64,000 nt of DNA from Octopus vulgaris (taxonomy: Eukaryota). The notes beneath the pieces were generated by a model. It ran no database searches and was not told the origin of the DNA. It saw only the letters and a program-made list of their open reading frames with translations. Location of the stretch: positions 71,114,001 through 71,178,000 of the forward strand of contig OX597822.1 in NCBI GenBank assembly GCA_951406725.2. The letters run 5' to 3'. Every line of letters starts with the position of its first letter. The stretch's first letter is position 1. Below are positions 1 through 12,872 of this stretch, piece after piece. Both the position numbers and the translations under genes were made by a program.

Positions 1-627
1 ATGACAGCAATTGACGACGGCAACCACGATGATGGTGTGGTGGTGGTGACAATAGTGATGGTAGCAACTACCACCACCACTGTCACAGCTGATGGTGGTA
101 GCGGCACTGGTAGCAGTGGTGGTAGTGGTGACGCTGACCATCGCCAGCAGACTTTCATTTCCCATAAACTGTAGTTGTGCAATCACGTCTCTTGTTATAA
201 AAGAGTTTCAAATAATTTTTGCAGTGTCCTCCAAGCTACCACTTCCTTCACCCATAATGGCTCAGTAAGTAAATTCTCTGGAACATAAAGCAGCATTCTC
301 CACATTTCTTAATTAGTATACTTTCAACAAATTTCCTTCAGGAAATTTCCTTTTCCAGCTCATGTCAAATATTGCAATCTTTCCGTCTCAAGAATGAGGA
401 ATTTAGAACGAGTTGTTTGCATTGACAAGAATAATTATCTCCAGAAGAACAGAGGTGGACGTTTTTGATGTATGATAAATGGTTAGATCAATGGTTCTCA
501 ACTAGGGTCCATATGGCCCTTCTGGGTCCATATAAGATTTTGTTGAAATTTATGTGCAGTAGATTGGTTAAATTTTTACAATACACAAAATATCTTAATT
601 TCTTTTATACGGTTCCTAATAATATAT

Positions 628-950
628 GTGAAGGTTAGAGTGTTGAACTTACAATCGTGGGGTTGTGAGTTCGAATCTCAGACCGGGCTGCATGTTGTGT
701 TCTTGAGCAAGTCACTTTATTTCACGTTCCTCCAGTTCACTCAGTTGTAGAAATGAGTTGCAACGTCACAGATGCCAAGCTGTATCAGCCCCTTTGCCTT
801 TCCCTTGGATAACACTGGTGGCATGGAGAGGGGAGGCCGGTATGCATGGGCAACTGCTGGTCTTCCATAAACAACCTTGCCCAGACTTGTGCATGGGAGG
901 GAAACTTTCTAGGTGCAATACCATGGTCATTCATGACCGAAGGAGGTCTC
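628..950 (+). mobile_element. tRNA-derived SINE, family B
   Basis: Head with ggttagag...gagttcgaatc (A/B boxes); body matches copies at 4476, 38284 and 41296. Confidence 0.8.
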
Positions 951-964
951 AGCAATAATATATA

Positions 965-1208
965 TTCTTTTATTCTTTTACTTGTTTCAGGCATTTGACT
1001 GTGGTCATGCTGGGGCACCACCTTGAAGGGTTTTTTTAGTTCAACAAATTTACCCCAGGACTTATTTTAATTTATTTTTTAAAGCCTGGTAATTAGTCTA
1101 ATGGTCTCTCTTTGCTGAACCACTAAGTTACAGGGGAAGTAAACACATCAATACCAGTTGTCAAGCGGTGGTGGGGGACAAGCATAGATATAAAGAGAGA
1201 GACACACT

Positions 1209-1239
<31 letters not shown>

Positions 1240-1263
1240 ACACACACCCACACACACACATAC

Positions 1264-1294
<31 letters not shown>

Positions 1295-1835
1295 CACCTA
1301 TATATAGATACATTTAAACGTACATTTAAACACATTTAAACGTACATTTAAACACATAAGAGGTACCCATCATAGGATACCTGACACACTAGAAAGAATA
1401 GCCAAAATCCAAACCAATATTAGAGATAGATTTCGAAGGGAATGAAAAATAAAAAACATTTACCCTCTATCTCCTGGACCATGGTTTCTGACTCTATAGA
1501 CTTTGGCTATTCCTTCTAGCATGCCAGGTATCCTATGATGGGTACCTCTTATATGTTTAAATGTACACTGTATTTATATGAATAATATATAGTCTATTGA
1601 CTAATCTACACACTAGACCACTGGTAGTTAAAATTTCTAAAATTTTTTCTTACCCTGATATTATTAATTATATATATATATTAATATATATATATTAATA
1701 TATATATAAGAGGGGCTTCTTTCAGTTTCTGTCTATCAAATCCACTCACAAGTCTTAGTCAGTCTGAGGCTATAGTAGAAGACATTTGCCCAAAGTGCCA
1801 CACAGTAGGACTGAACCCAGAACTATGTGGTTGGG
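965..1835 (-). mobile_element. tRNA-derived SINE, family A, split by a fold-back insertion (about 1310-1670)
   Basis: Tail half at 965-1200 and head half at 1711-1835 match intact family A copies such as 8911-9297. Confidence 0.75.
1342..1566. repeat. Long inverted repeat, arms about 68 bp
   Basis: gtacatttaaacacataagaggtacccatcataggatacctg...gccaaaatc (1342-1409) is the reverse complement of 1499-1566 with a few mismatches. Confidence 0.9.
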
Positions 1836-2117
1836 AAAATATGAATTTTTAGACATTGAATGGCATTGAGGGTCCCAACCCCTGAGTAAAGTAGGAATCA
1901 TAGGAGTCCATAGAGAAAAAATGGTAGAGAATCACTATGCTAGAGATTTGAGAGGTAGGTGCCCCAGGATGGCTGCAGTCTAATGACAAAAACAAATAAA
2001 AAATTAAGGAATTATTATGAATAAAGGGGTATGATCTAATTATGAACTTAGATGAATTAAGAAGAATTCGGATATTGTGGTGTCTTTATTGTTAAAATCC
2101 AAATGACAGAAAATATT

Positions 2118-2563
2118 CCTTTCTATTCTAGGCACAATGCCTGAAATTTTTGGGGAGAGGGCCAGTCGATTAGATCGACCACAGTATGCAACTGGTACTT
2201 AATTCATCGACTCTGAAAGGTTGATAGGCAAAGTCGATCTCGGTGGAATTTGAACTCAGAATGTAAAGACTGACGAAATACTGCTAAGCATTTTGCCTGG
2301 CATGCTAAAGTTTCTGCCAGCTCGCCACCTTCAAACGACAGAGAATAGCCTTTTCTACTCTAGGCACAAGGCCCGAAATTTTAGGGGAGGGGGCTAATCA
2401 ATTAGATCGACCCCAGTACACAACTAGTACTTAATTTATCGACCCTGAAAGGATGAAAGGCAAAGTCGACCTCAGCAGAATTTAAACTCAGAATGTAAAG
2501 ACAGATGAAACACTGCTAAGCATTTCGCCTGGCATGCTAACATTTCAGCCAGCTCACTGCCTT
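2118..2563 (-). mobile_element. Two tandem Nin/Deu-domain-type SINE copies (family D)
   Basis: Each copy carries, on the minus strand, a gagttcaaattc-like B box and a GTCGACTTTGCCTTTCATCCTTTCGGGGTCGATAAATTAAGTACCAG-like core. Confidence 0.8.
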
Positions 2564-2941
2564 AAATTTCAGAGAATATTGAAGAAAGTAAATTCTATTT
2601 GAGGTTAGACATTATTATTAGTAAAATTTATGAAGAGAGGATAGAATTCGAATGACACAAATGGCTAAAAATAGTTGTATATCTCCATCTCAGAGAGAAT
2701 GAAAGAAAAGTCAGTAGCATAGCTAGATGGGGAGGGGAATGATGTGCCTGGCTTTAGGGTCTGCTGAATAAGCCTGTATAGGGAACATGGTGGGGTGGAT
2801 TATGGGGCAGGGAAACTCAGGTGGTGCCTAGATTCGACTTACACCTCTGAAGATTGTAGGATGCTTGTTTGTTGTAGGATGTAGTAAGTGGGATTCATGT
2901 TCAAATGAAGATTACAGGTATTAGTGTAAGAGATAGAAAGA

Positions 2942-3000
<59 letters not shown>

Positions 3001-3329
3001 AGTGAGAGATAAGTATCATGTAGACTTAGAATGTTTCTATTTTGAGGGATCTCTTACACACACATATACAAACACATGCACACAATACGTACATAACACG
3101 CACTTGCAAACATTTAGACATGTTAACATCACATTACAACATTACTAGAAAACCATTCTAAGAGTCCAGTCACCTCACTCTGACCCCAACAACATAAACA
3201 TACAGAAATACCAAAATAGCCTGAAAATCAATTTCCTATTTATGTTGAAACTCAGTGATAGGTTGTCACCATTCTTATAATAAAAACCAAGGAACTAATG
3301 CTACCACGAAATAACTAAATTTATCTTAC

Positions 3330-3568
3330 CTGCTTCTGCAAGAGACACCACCAAGACCTCTATAAATATTGAAACATGATCAAGATCAGATTGCTCTGTG
3401 CGAACCACGAACTGTTGCCTGCAAATTCGCATACGATATCTAAATATATGGTATAACTTACATATCAGACTGAATGATGCTTGGTTATAACATTTTCAAG
3501 GGGTTTCTTCAGAAATGGTTGATGAAGAATATCAAAGCCATAGGCCAACTTGGACAAACGAAACTACT
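3330..3568 (-). CDS. Candidate host exon: 5' UTR plus putative first coding segment MRICRQQFVVRTEQSDLDHVSIFIEVLVVSLAEA (ATG at 3432, phase-1 donor)
   Basis: Non-repetitive sequence bounded by a long polypyrimidine tract with ttgtag acceptor (AG at 3570-3569) and a consensus donor CAG|GTAAGA (GT at 3329-3328). The product is not recognisable. Confidence 0.45.
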
Positions 3569-3981
3569 CTACAACATAAGTATGAAAAGAAAAAGAAAAA
3601 AAAAACACCACCACCGTCCACTCCTCTAACAACAACAACAACAGCAACACAAATATCATGATTACAAGCTGACCGAGTGGTTAAGAAAATTGCTTCCCAA
3701 CCATGTGGTCTTGGATGCTGGCCCACTGCACAGCACCTTGGACACATGTCTTCTGCTCTAGTGTCAGGCTGATTAAGGCTTTGTGAATGGTTTGGTAGAT
3801 GAAAACTGAAAGAAGCCTGTCCTGTGTATGTATTTATATATATGTATGCTCATATGTATCTATGTACTTATATATGTATGTCATTATTCAGTTTTATTTG
3901 AAGATTTCTTGCTTATAGAGAAAGTTGGTTTCTAACCCAGACCCAAAGCTCCTTCTAACCATCTTTTACTCTCTCTGCAAA

Positions 3982-4292
3982 GGTGTGTGGCTTAGCAGTT
4001 AGGATACTTGCCTCATGGTTGTAAAGTCTTGAGTTTGATTCTCAGTGGCACAGTGTGCCCTTCAGCAAGACACTTTATTTCACCTTGCTCTAGTCCATTT
4101 ACCTGGCAATAATGCGTTGTCCCTGTAATTGAAAGGGTCAAACCTGTCATATTCTGTGTCATGCTAAGAGCTACATTAATGTTATGTGTGTCTGTGTTGT
4201 ACTCAGCCACTTGCATATAAATTTCACAAGCAGGTTCCTTTCACTGATGGGATCAATTGGAACCCTTGATGTTGTAACCGATAGGGTACCGG
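3982..4292 (+). mobile_element. Old tRNA-derived SINE, family C
   Basis: Degenerate A/B boxes, then cttcagcaagacactt. Related decayed copies lie at about 35000-35290, 37960-38130 (-) and 45040-45370. Confidence 0.6.
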
Positions 4293-4475
4293 TTTTTCTT
4301 TGTTCTACCCTCTGCTCACCCTTATGAAGCTACCCCTTTCTTTGTTCTCTTCCCGAGCTTCTAACTTATGCTTATTTTCTTATACTTTGAGAATTTTCCC
4401 AGCCAACCCCATCACTGCCATCTTCATCTTCTTCACAGCTACATACACTCACCCTTATATAGTATGGAGTAGCCA

Positions 4476-4800
4476 GCACATGGCTCAGCGGTTAGAGCAG
4501 CGTGCTCACAATCATGAAGTAGTGAGTTCAATTCCCAGACCAGCCTGTGTGTTGTGTTCTTGAGCAAGACACTTTATTTCACATTGCTTCAGTTCACTCA
4601 GCCTTATAAATAAGTTGTGATATCATTGGTGCCAAGCTGTATCAGCTTTTGCCTTTTCTTTGGACAAAATCGGTGGCATGGATAGGGGAGGCTGGTATTC
4701 ATGGGTGACTGCTGGTCTTCCATAAACAACCTTACCTGGACTTGTGCCTTGGTGGGTAACTTTCTTGCTGCAATCCCATGATAATTCATGGGGCTCTTCA
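4476..4800 (+). mobile_element. SINE family B
   Basis: A box tggctcagcggttagag, B box gagttcaattcc; body as at 628-950. Confidence 0.8.
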
Positions 4801-5789
4801 AAGGGCTCTTTACTTTTTACCCTGTAGCCATATATCTCCTCTGTCAGATTTTAGTCATTTGCCATCTGGTATAAAACTGCTTCCTCTCCTTAAATATACC
4901 CTTCACTCATTTGAGGGAATTTTTCCCTTTCATTTTCCTGTCTTGCAAATTACTTGGTGACCCCACTGGTGCTGGTACCTAGTCAAAAGCACCCACTACA
5001 CTCTGTAAAATGTATAGTGATAGGAAGGGCATACAGCCATAAAAAGACCATGCCAGATCTGATATTGGGGTTCGACACAATCTTGTGGCCCTTTAGATAC
5101 TGTGAAACCATCTAACCCCCAATGAACGTTAAATGATGATGATGATGATGATGATGTTGATAATGACAAGGACGATGACGATGATGATGAGATGTAGGAG
5201 TAGAAGAAGGATTAAGAGAAGGAGTAGGAGTAGACATAAGAGTAATAACAGGAGTAGTAGTAGAAGTAGGAGTAGGAGGAGAGAGGGGGGTATCGTCGTC
5301 TCTAAGTTATTATCTAAATGTTCAACCCCTATGTCCCCCCCCCACCTCATCCAGTTGAAAGACAAGATAGTTATGACTGGAATGCATTGGACCATATCTC
5401 AGCTCAATCAGGGTTAACTCGGGGCTAAGCAACAACTAGTAACAAACATCAAACCCCTGCGATTATCAACAATAACAACAACAACAACAACAACAGCAAT
5501 TGAAGCACTAATCACTTCAACTACAACAACAATATCATACAGAAGTGAGAGCTTCAGTTACAATAGATGTCCTTTCAGAAAATAAACTATGTTAGTACAG
5601 AAGGTAAATTGATCATCAGACATTGGTTAACCAGTCATCCAATGAAAATTAACTTCTCATAACACCCAGAGGCTGAAAGATTGAAGATCTGCACAGCCCC
5701 GCCATTAGACACACACACACACACACCTCTACAGATTCATAACCGATAAACATACACATGTGAATGTATTTAGATGTACATTTGTATGT

Positions 5790-5862
5790 GTGTATATAAT
5801 ATATATATATATATATATACACATACTTATATATATATATACATACATATATATATACATAC

Positions 5863-5894
<32 letters not shown>

Positions 5895-5997
5895 ATATAT
5901 ATATACATACATACATACATATATATACATACATACATCCATCCATTTGTACATATACATTCACACATAGGTCTATACATATATTCTCTAAATATAC

Positions 5998-6077
<80 letters not shown>

Positions 6078-6497
6078 CTATATATATGCATAAAATATAT
6101 GGGTGTGTAAATGAAAACACAAATGTATACATATGATTTTTACATATGCGTATGTATGTGTGTATGTGTGCATATGTGTGTACTTATGTAGATCTAAAAA
6201 CATAGATACTTCGAACATGGACATATACATATGCACACACATTCATCACCCATCACACACGCACATGCACACTCACACACATACAATCATACATAATTAT
6301 GTACACATGCACCCATATATATATACAAGTGTGTATGTATATATACACACATACATTGCATATACATGTCTGTGTGTCTTTATATACATATATATATATA
6401 GATATAATCGTATATATATCTATGTATTTACATATATGTGTGTGTGTGTGTGTGTGTATATATATAGAGAGAGAGAAAAAGAGAGAGAGAGATAAAT

Positions 6498-6536
<39 letters not shown>

Positions 6537-7695
6537 TATTAGAGACAAAACCACTATTTATATATACATACATACATACATACATACATACATACATACA
6601 TACATACATACACCCTGTATGTACATATGTCTATATATATACATATACATTATATATATATATATATATGCACACATACATATATACATATACACACACA
6701 CAACATATATATATATATATACACACACATACATATATACATATACACACACACAACATATATATCTATATATATATATATATATACACATACATATATA
6801 CATATACACACACACAACATATATATATATATATATATGTGCATATGTACGTATATACAATAAAAAAAACAAAACAAAAGAAACTGGCGTAAACTTGTAG
6901 AAGAATAAACAAAGAATGGGAAGAATACAATTCCTATGAATTATTCTTTAGCGCCATTTACCATTTGCCTCTGGCTAGAACGTAGTTCTAGGAGAAGAAA
7001 GAAATTAAAATTGGATGGAACCATTGTGTTTTTGTGTTTTAAGCTGCCTTTTTTTTATTTGTTTTATTATATTTTATTTTATTTTATTTTATTTTTTTAT
7101 CACAACAAACTTTACGAAACTTATTTTTCCTCCCTGAAGAGAATATGTGGCTAAGTATACAGTTATATGTGTGTGTGTGTGTGTGTGAATGTATGTTTAT
7201 ATATGTTTGTATACATGTTTGTGTGCGGATGTGTGTAATTATGTATGTGCTATATACTTTTGTGTGTATATCTGTTGATATACAATTGTATGTGAGTTTA
7301 TGTGTGTGCATTCGTGTATGAGTGCATGTGTATCTGCGTGTCTATATACACTTGTGTGTGTGTGTGTGTGTGTATGTGTGTGTGTATTAGTGTGTGTACA
7401 AGTGTGTGTCACTGTATACGTATTTAAATACATTTATGTGTATGCTTGTGTGCATAAGTGTGTGTATGAATGTGGGCTTGTGAAAGCTTGTTTGTGTCTG
7501 TGTGTGTGTGTATTTATATACATTTGTATGTGTATATATATGTGTATATATATATGTATTTATACAAATGTGTATATGTTTGTAAATATGTTTATATACG
7601 CCGTTATGTGTGTAAGTGTGTATATGAGTGTGTGTGTATGAGTGTCTATATGAGTTTGTATGTATGAGTGCACAAAAGCTTGTTTGTGTCTCTAC

Positions 7696-7731
<36 letters not shown>

Positions 7732-7960
7732 TTATATACATTTGTATGTGTGTATATGTATGTGAACTTGTGTGTCTATATATGTATTTATACAAATACA
7801 TATATGTCTGTGTACGTCTAAATATGTTTATATACATTGCTATATGTGTATAAGTGTGTGTGTATGCATTTGTGTATGTGTGTGTTCGTGTTTATGTGTG
7901 TTTATGTATGTATATGTGTATTAATGTCTGAGTGTGCTTGCTTGCATATTTAAATATGTG
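5790..7960. repeat. Compound (TA)n/(CA)n/(TG)n/(TACA)n microsatellite field
   Basis: Visible directly; explains the YI/CV/HT-rich ORFs. Confidence 0.9.
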
Positions 7961-8062
7961 CATATGTTTTGGTTGTGTACAGATATTGCACTATTAACCA
8001 ATTGAATGTTTACATTAATAATTATATATCAAAGTCTGAATATATACACGTGTGTGTGAGTC

Positions 8063-8245
8063 ATCATTATCATCATCATCATCATTTAACGTCCGCTTTC
8101 CATGCTAGTATGAGCTGGACGATTTGACTGAGGACTGGCGAACCAGATGGCTGCACCAGGCTCCAATCTTAATCTGGCAGAGTTTCTACAGCTGGATGCC
8201 CTTCCTAACGCCAACCACTCCGAGAGTGTAGTGGGTGCTTTTATG
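8063..8245 (-). mobile_element. RTE LINE 3' UTR fragment with (ATG)n tail
   Basis: Same sequence as the 3' UTR after the RTE ORF end at 14885-15408. Further copies at about 4960-5160, 10186-10395, 10710-11045, 16740-17055, 20092-20325, 50686-50838 and 60627-60697. Confidence 0.7.
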
Positions 8246-8421
8246 TGCGTATGTATATACATGTGTGTATGTATATACATTATGTGTTTGTGTATGTGCC
8301 TTTGCATATAACACAACTCCCAAATTGTATCTTTATATATGTATCGATGCATGATTGCATGTATGCGTGCAAGCATGTGTGTGTATGTATGTCTTTATGC
8401 TGGTATATCATTTTATGCTCA

Positions 8422-8910
8422 TCAGAGATGGCACCAAAATGTTCCCGGACTAGTTATGTTTAATAAAAAAATAACTTTTTTTACCTGAGTCTTAATGCCA
8501 TCTTCTTTGAATGAGTCACTCTGCACAGCAATACACCAGTTCCAGCAATCCTGCCACTCTTGGAATCCAGCCTGGAAGTCATTTTCTGTAAGCGAGTCGA
8601 GGACCTTCAGCGATTCACTCTGGATCTCAACAATGGTGTTAAAACAGTAACCTTTGAGCTGCATTTTCAACTTGAGGAAGAGATGGAGGTCTTCAGGTGC
8701 TAAATCTGGCATGAGTGCAGAAATGATGCCCTGTCGTTTTTTGGTGAGAAATTCATGAGAGAGGGAAGCTTGGTGGCAGGGTGCATTGTCATGAAAAATC
8801 CTGTTCTTCAAACTCCACAGATCCGACCGTTTTTGGCAAATGTCCTCCTTTAAATGCTTCAAAACATCACAGTAGAATTCTCAATTGACAGTCTGGCCCT
8901 GGGGGATGAA
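8422..8910 (-). mobile_element. Mariner transposase C-terminal relic with one terminal repeat
   Basis: Translation contains FIPQGQTVN, HDNAPCH, PDLAPEDLHLFLKLKMQLKG and WCIAVQSDSFKED. TIR-like gagatggcaccaaaatgttcccggact lies near 8425. Confidence 0.85.
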
Positions 8911-9297
8911 TAGCTGTGTGGTAAATAGCTGTGTGGTAAATAGCTTGCTTATGAACCACATGGTTCCGGGTTCATTCCCACTGTGTGGCACCTTGGGCAA
9001 GTGTCTTCTAATATAGGCTCGGGCCGACCAAAGCCTTGTGAGTGGATTTGGTAGATGGAAACTGAAAGAAGCCCATCGTATATATGTATGTGTGTCTGTG
9101 TTTGTCCCTCCAACATTGCTTGACAACTGATTCTGGTGTGTTTACGTCCCTGTAACTTAGCAGTTTGGCAAAAGACCCTGATAGAATAAGTACTGGGCTT
9201 ACAACGAATAAATCCTGGAGTCGATTTGCTCGACTAAAGGTGGTGCTCCACCATGGCCACAGTCAAATTACTGAAACAAACAAAAGAATAAAAGAAT
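8911..9297 (+). mobile_element. SINE family A, full length
   Basis: A box gctgtgtggtaa, B box gggttcattccc, internal (TA/TG)n, tail ggtggtgctccaccatggccacagtc...ctgaaac...aaagaataaaaga. Confidence 0.85.
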
Positions 9298-9733
9298 ATA
9301 CATAAATTTTTACAGAATTTGTGTGTGCATGTACATCTGTGTGTATTTGTGAGTGTGTTTGTATGTGTGCAAGCAAGTCGTAGGTTATAATAAACATGTA
9401 TGTATATATAATATATATGCATATGAGTGCATGTGTGTGTGCATGTGTAAGTATATATGTGTTTATAGATATGTATATTTACACACACACTCATAGGTAC
9501 ATGTGTAAATATGCACATGTATATATATACAAGGCAAAAGTTAACAGTTGTTAACTTTGTCAGACAGCCTAATTGAGTCGACGACAGGTAAAACTTTGAA
9601 GTCACTGTCGGCAATTTCCTTTTAGAAATAAATGTGATGCCTTCTTTAAATGTCAGGAGTAACGATTCAATTAATGTTTGACTGTTTTTATATAAAACTA
9701 TACTTAAAAACAAACATTCATAAAATAATGTAC

Positions 9734-9769
<36 letters not shown>

Positions 9770-10111
9770 TATATCAATAATATCGCACATACATATTCAA
9801 ACACTCTATACATAGATATGCACACATGTACACATACACACATTTTATTGATAATCAGCAAAAGTTTCACAGATTAAGTGTTGTTATCTCTAGCAATGGA
9901 CATCTGTTATTGACAAGGCCAAGGAAGACAGAAATTATGTGATCTGGCAGTTCTAGCAGAAGATTATCTCCTTCTAGTGATATAAACATGAGTGCTTATA
10001 TGCACCACAAATCTATATGAGAAATGTTCTCATCATAAATAACACCGTATTCTGTGTTCTCTCTCTCTCTCTCTCTTTATATATATATATATGTGTGTGT
10101 GTGTGTATGTG

Positions 10112-10164
<53 letters not shown>

Positions 10165-11043
10165 GTAAATATAATTGTCACATATTATCATCATCATCAT
10201 CATCATCATCATCGTTTAGCATCCGCTTTCCATGCTAGCATGGGTTGGACGGTTCTACTGGGGTCTGTGAAGCCAGAAGGCTTCGTCAGGCCCAGTCAAA
10301 TCTGGCAGTGTTTCTACGGCTGGATGCCCTTCCTAACGCCAACCACTCCGTGAGTGTAGTGGGTGCTTTTTACGTGCCACCCGCACTGGTGCCATATTTA
10401 CAGATAAATTCCTCTATTTACATAATATCGAAGTCTCTTTCATTCTTTTGTTGTCTTACCATTTCTATCGATATATATATATATATAGTAATGTTAATTT
10501 GTTTATCTGTCTCTCATGTATGTCTGTCTATCTATCTATCCATCCATCTCTCTGTCTGTCTTTCTCTCTCTCTCTCTCTCTCTCACCCTGGTTGGGTAAC
10601 CTTGTACTTCCTCTACAGCAAGGCACCTGTTTCTGTCTCTCTGTCTCATTATAACCTTTCATCCTTTGACATAAAAATCATCTCCTCCAATCTTCTCTCA
10701 TAGATTCCTTGTCTTGCAAGATATTTGGTGACCCCAACAGTGCAGCTGCCATGTAAAATGCATCCAGTCCACACTGTAAAGTGGTTGGCATTTGGAAGGA
10801 CATCCAGCTGTAAAAACCTTGCCAAAACTGACCTCACCTGTGCTTGTGCCATGTAAAAAGGACTAAGTCTACTTTGCTGGGTGGTTGGTATTAGGAAGGG
10901 TATCCAGCTGTAAAAATCCTGCTAAAACAGTTACAGAAGTCTGGTGCAGACTTCTGCCTGATTGGCTCTTGTCAAACCATTCCATCCATGCCAGCATAGA
11001 AGGTGGAAGTTAAATGATGATAATGATGATGATGATGATGATG

Positions 11044-11102
<59 letters not shown>

Positions 11103-11128
11103 GTAGAAGGTTGAAAAGAAACACACGC

Positions 11129-11378
11129 CAAGGTAGAAAATGTTAAAATAATTTTATAAAAAACATTTCAGTACCAGTTTCGGTCATTGAAATTTTTCCA
11201 ACTGTAAGTATGGAAAACAATTAAATTTTGGATACTATGCAAATATTCTTTTAAAATACTTTCCATTTAATTTTTCCAAAATTTAATTGTTTTCCATACT
11301 TACTGTTGAAAAAGTCTCAATGACTGAAAGCGGTACTAAAATGCTTTTTATAAAATTATTTTAGCATTTTCTACCTTG
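11129..11378. repeat. Long inverted repeat (arms about 104 bp) carrying a hammerhead-like motif
   Basis: 11129-11232 is the reverse complement of 11275-11378. The right arm reads TTGAAAA-agtc-tcaat-gact-GAAA-gcgg-TA. Confidence 0.85.
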
Positions 11379-11480
11379 ACTTTTTTCCATATATATATAT
11401 ATATATATATATATATTGAATAGTATAGTTTTCATGAAACATTGCCTGATATGTATATATAAGTGTTTTAAATATTCTAT

Positions 11481-11672
11481 TTTAAAGCCAAAATAATGTA
11501 AGTTAATAACACAGGTTGACGGTTAGTACAGTTACTTGGTATTTTAATATTTTGGTGTTAGAACCCCTTCTTCGGGAAATCTAACCCTGAAATATTAAAA
11601 TACTGGGTAACAGCATTAACCATTGACCTACATTACTAATTTTTTTTACAGCTTACATTTTTTGGTTTATAA
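11481..11672. repeat. Degenerate inverted repeat
   Basis: gttacttggtattttaatattttggtgttaga pairs with tctaaccctgaaatattaaaatactgggtaac; outer ccaaaataatgtaag pairs with cttacattttttgg. Confidence 0.7.
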
Positions 11673-11695
11673 AAAAATAAATATATATATTTATA

Positions 11696-12100
11696 GGCGC
11701 AGAAGTGGTTGTGTGGTAAGAAGCTTGCTTCCAAGCCACATGGTTCCAGGTTCAGTCTCTCTGCATGGCACTTTGGGCAAGTTTTTTCTGCTATAGCCTT
11801 GGGCCAAACAAAGCCTTGTTAATGGATTTGATTGAAAGAAACTGAAAGAAGCCTGTCATATATTTATATATATATATATATATATATATGTATTTGTGTG
11901 TGTGTTTGTTCCCTCATCATTACTTGACAACTGATGCTGGTGTGTTTGCATCCCTGTAACTTAGCAGTCTGGCAAAAGAGAACGATAGAGTAAATACTAG
12001 GCTTACAGAGAATAAGTCCCGGAGTTGATTTATTTGACTAAAAGCAGTGCTCCAGCACAGCCGCAGTGAAATGACTGAAACAAGTAAAAGAATAAAAGAA
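11696..12100 (+). mobile_element. SINE family A
   Basis: Full head-to-tail match to the other family A copies. Confidence 0.85.
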
Positions 12101-12525
12101 TATGTACATGCGTGTGTGTGTGTGTGTGTGTGTGTAAGTGTGTGTATACAGAAGAACAAAGAGAGATAAAGAGACAGAGCGGAACAGAGAGGGAAGCAAG
12201 AGAAAGACAGATAAACGCTTAGTTATGTGCATAAATTTGGAACTTCTATCTGATCATCTGCTTCATCAATTATCTGTTTTCCGTTACACGCTTGATGTGT
12301 GTATATGAGTCTACGATAAATGGATACGCATGTATAGGCAGATACAGATGTCATTGTTACTTTTAACTCTAAGTTTGCTATGTAAACAGACATTGTAAAT
12401 TTGGTATTGTATCAATTTGTTTTCCTCTAATTTCTCTTATTACTTTTGTTTCTTTTTGGGGACACAAAGTGTTAGGCACATATCTGTACTTTTTCCACTG
12501 TTTTACCTGTCTATTATTTAGTTAC

Positions 12526-12872
12526 TCTTTTACTTGTTTCAGTCATTTGACTGCGGCCATGCTGGAGCACCGCCTTTAGTTGAGCAAATCAACCCCAGGA
12601 CTTATTCTTTGGAAGCCTACTACTTATTCTATTGGTCTCTTTTGCCAAACCTCTGAGTTACGGGGACCTAAACACACCAGCATTGGTTGTCAAGCGATGT
12701 TGGGGGACAAACACAGACACACAAACATATACACGCACATGTACATACACGATGGGCTTCTTTCAGTTTCCGTCTACCAAATCCACTCATAAGGCTTTAG
12801 TCGGCCTGAGGCTATAGTAGAACCCAGAACCATGTGGTTGGTAAGCAAGCTACTTACCACACAGCCACTCCT
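12526..12872 (-). mobile_element. SINE family A, internally deleted and inverted relative to 11696-12100
   Basis: Reverse-complement match to family A. Confidence 0.85.

Larger units (their letters stand above)
489..1937. mobile_element. hAT (Charlie-like) MITE interrupted by nested SINEs
   Basis: Left TIR caatggttctcaac (489) and right TIR gtagagaatcacta (ends 1937) match CAGTGGTTCTCAAC. Flanking 8-mers ggttagat/tgctagag look like a decayed NTCTAGAN-type TSD. Confidence 0.6.

Noticed and set aside
5649-7853. Many long ORFs rich in YI, CV or HT (also 16215-17357, 22661-24227, 49612-51040)
   Set aside because: They are translations of dinucleotide microsatellites, which lack stop codons; there is no coding signal.
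8911-8985. tRNA genes at SINE heads
   Set aside because: A and B boxes are present, but there is no complete cloverleaf and each continues into a SINE body.
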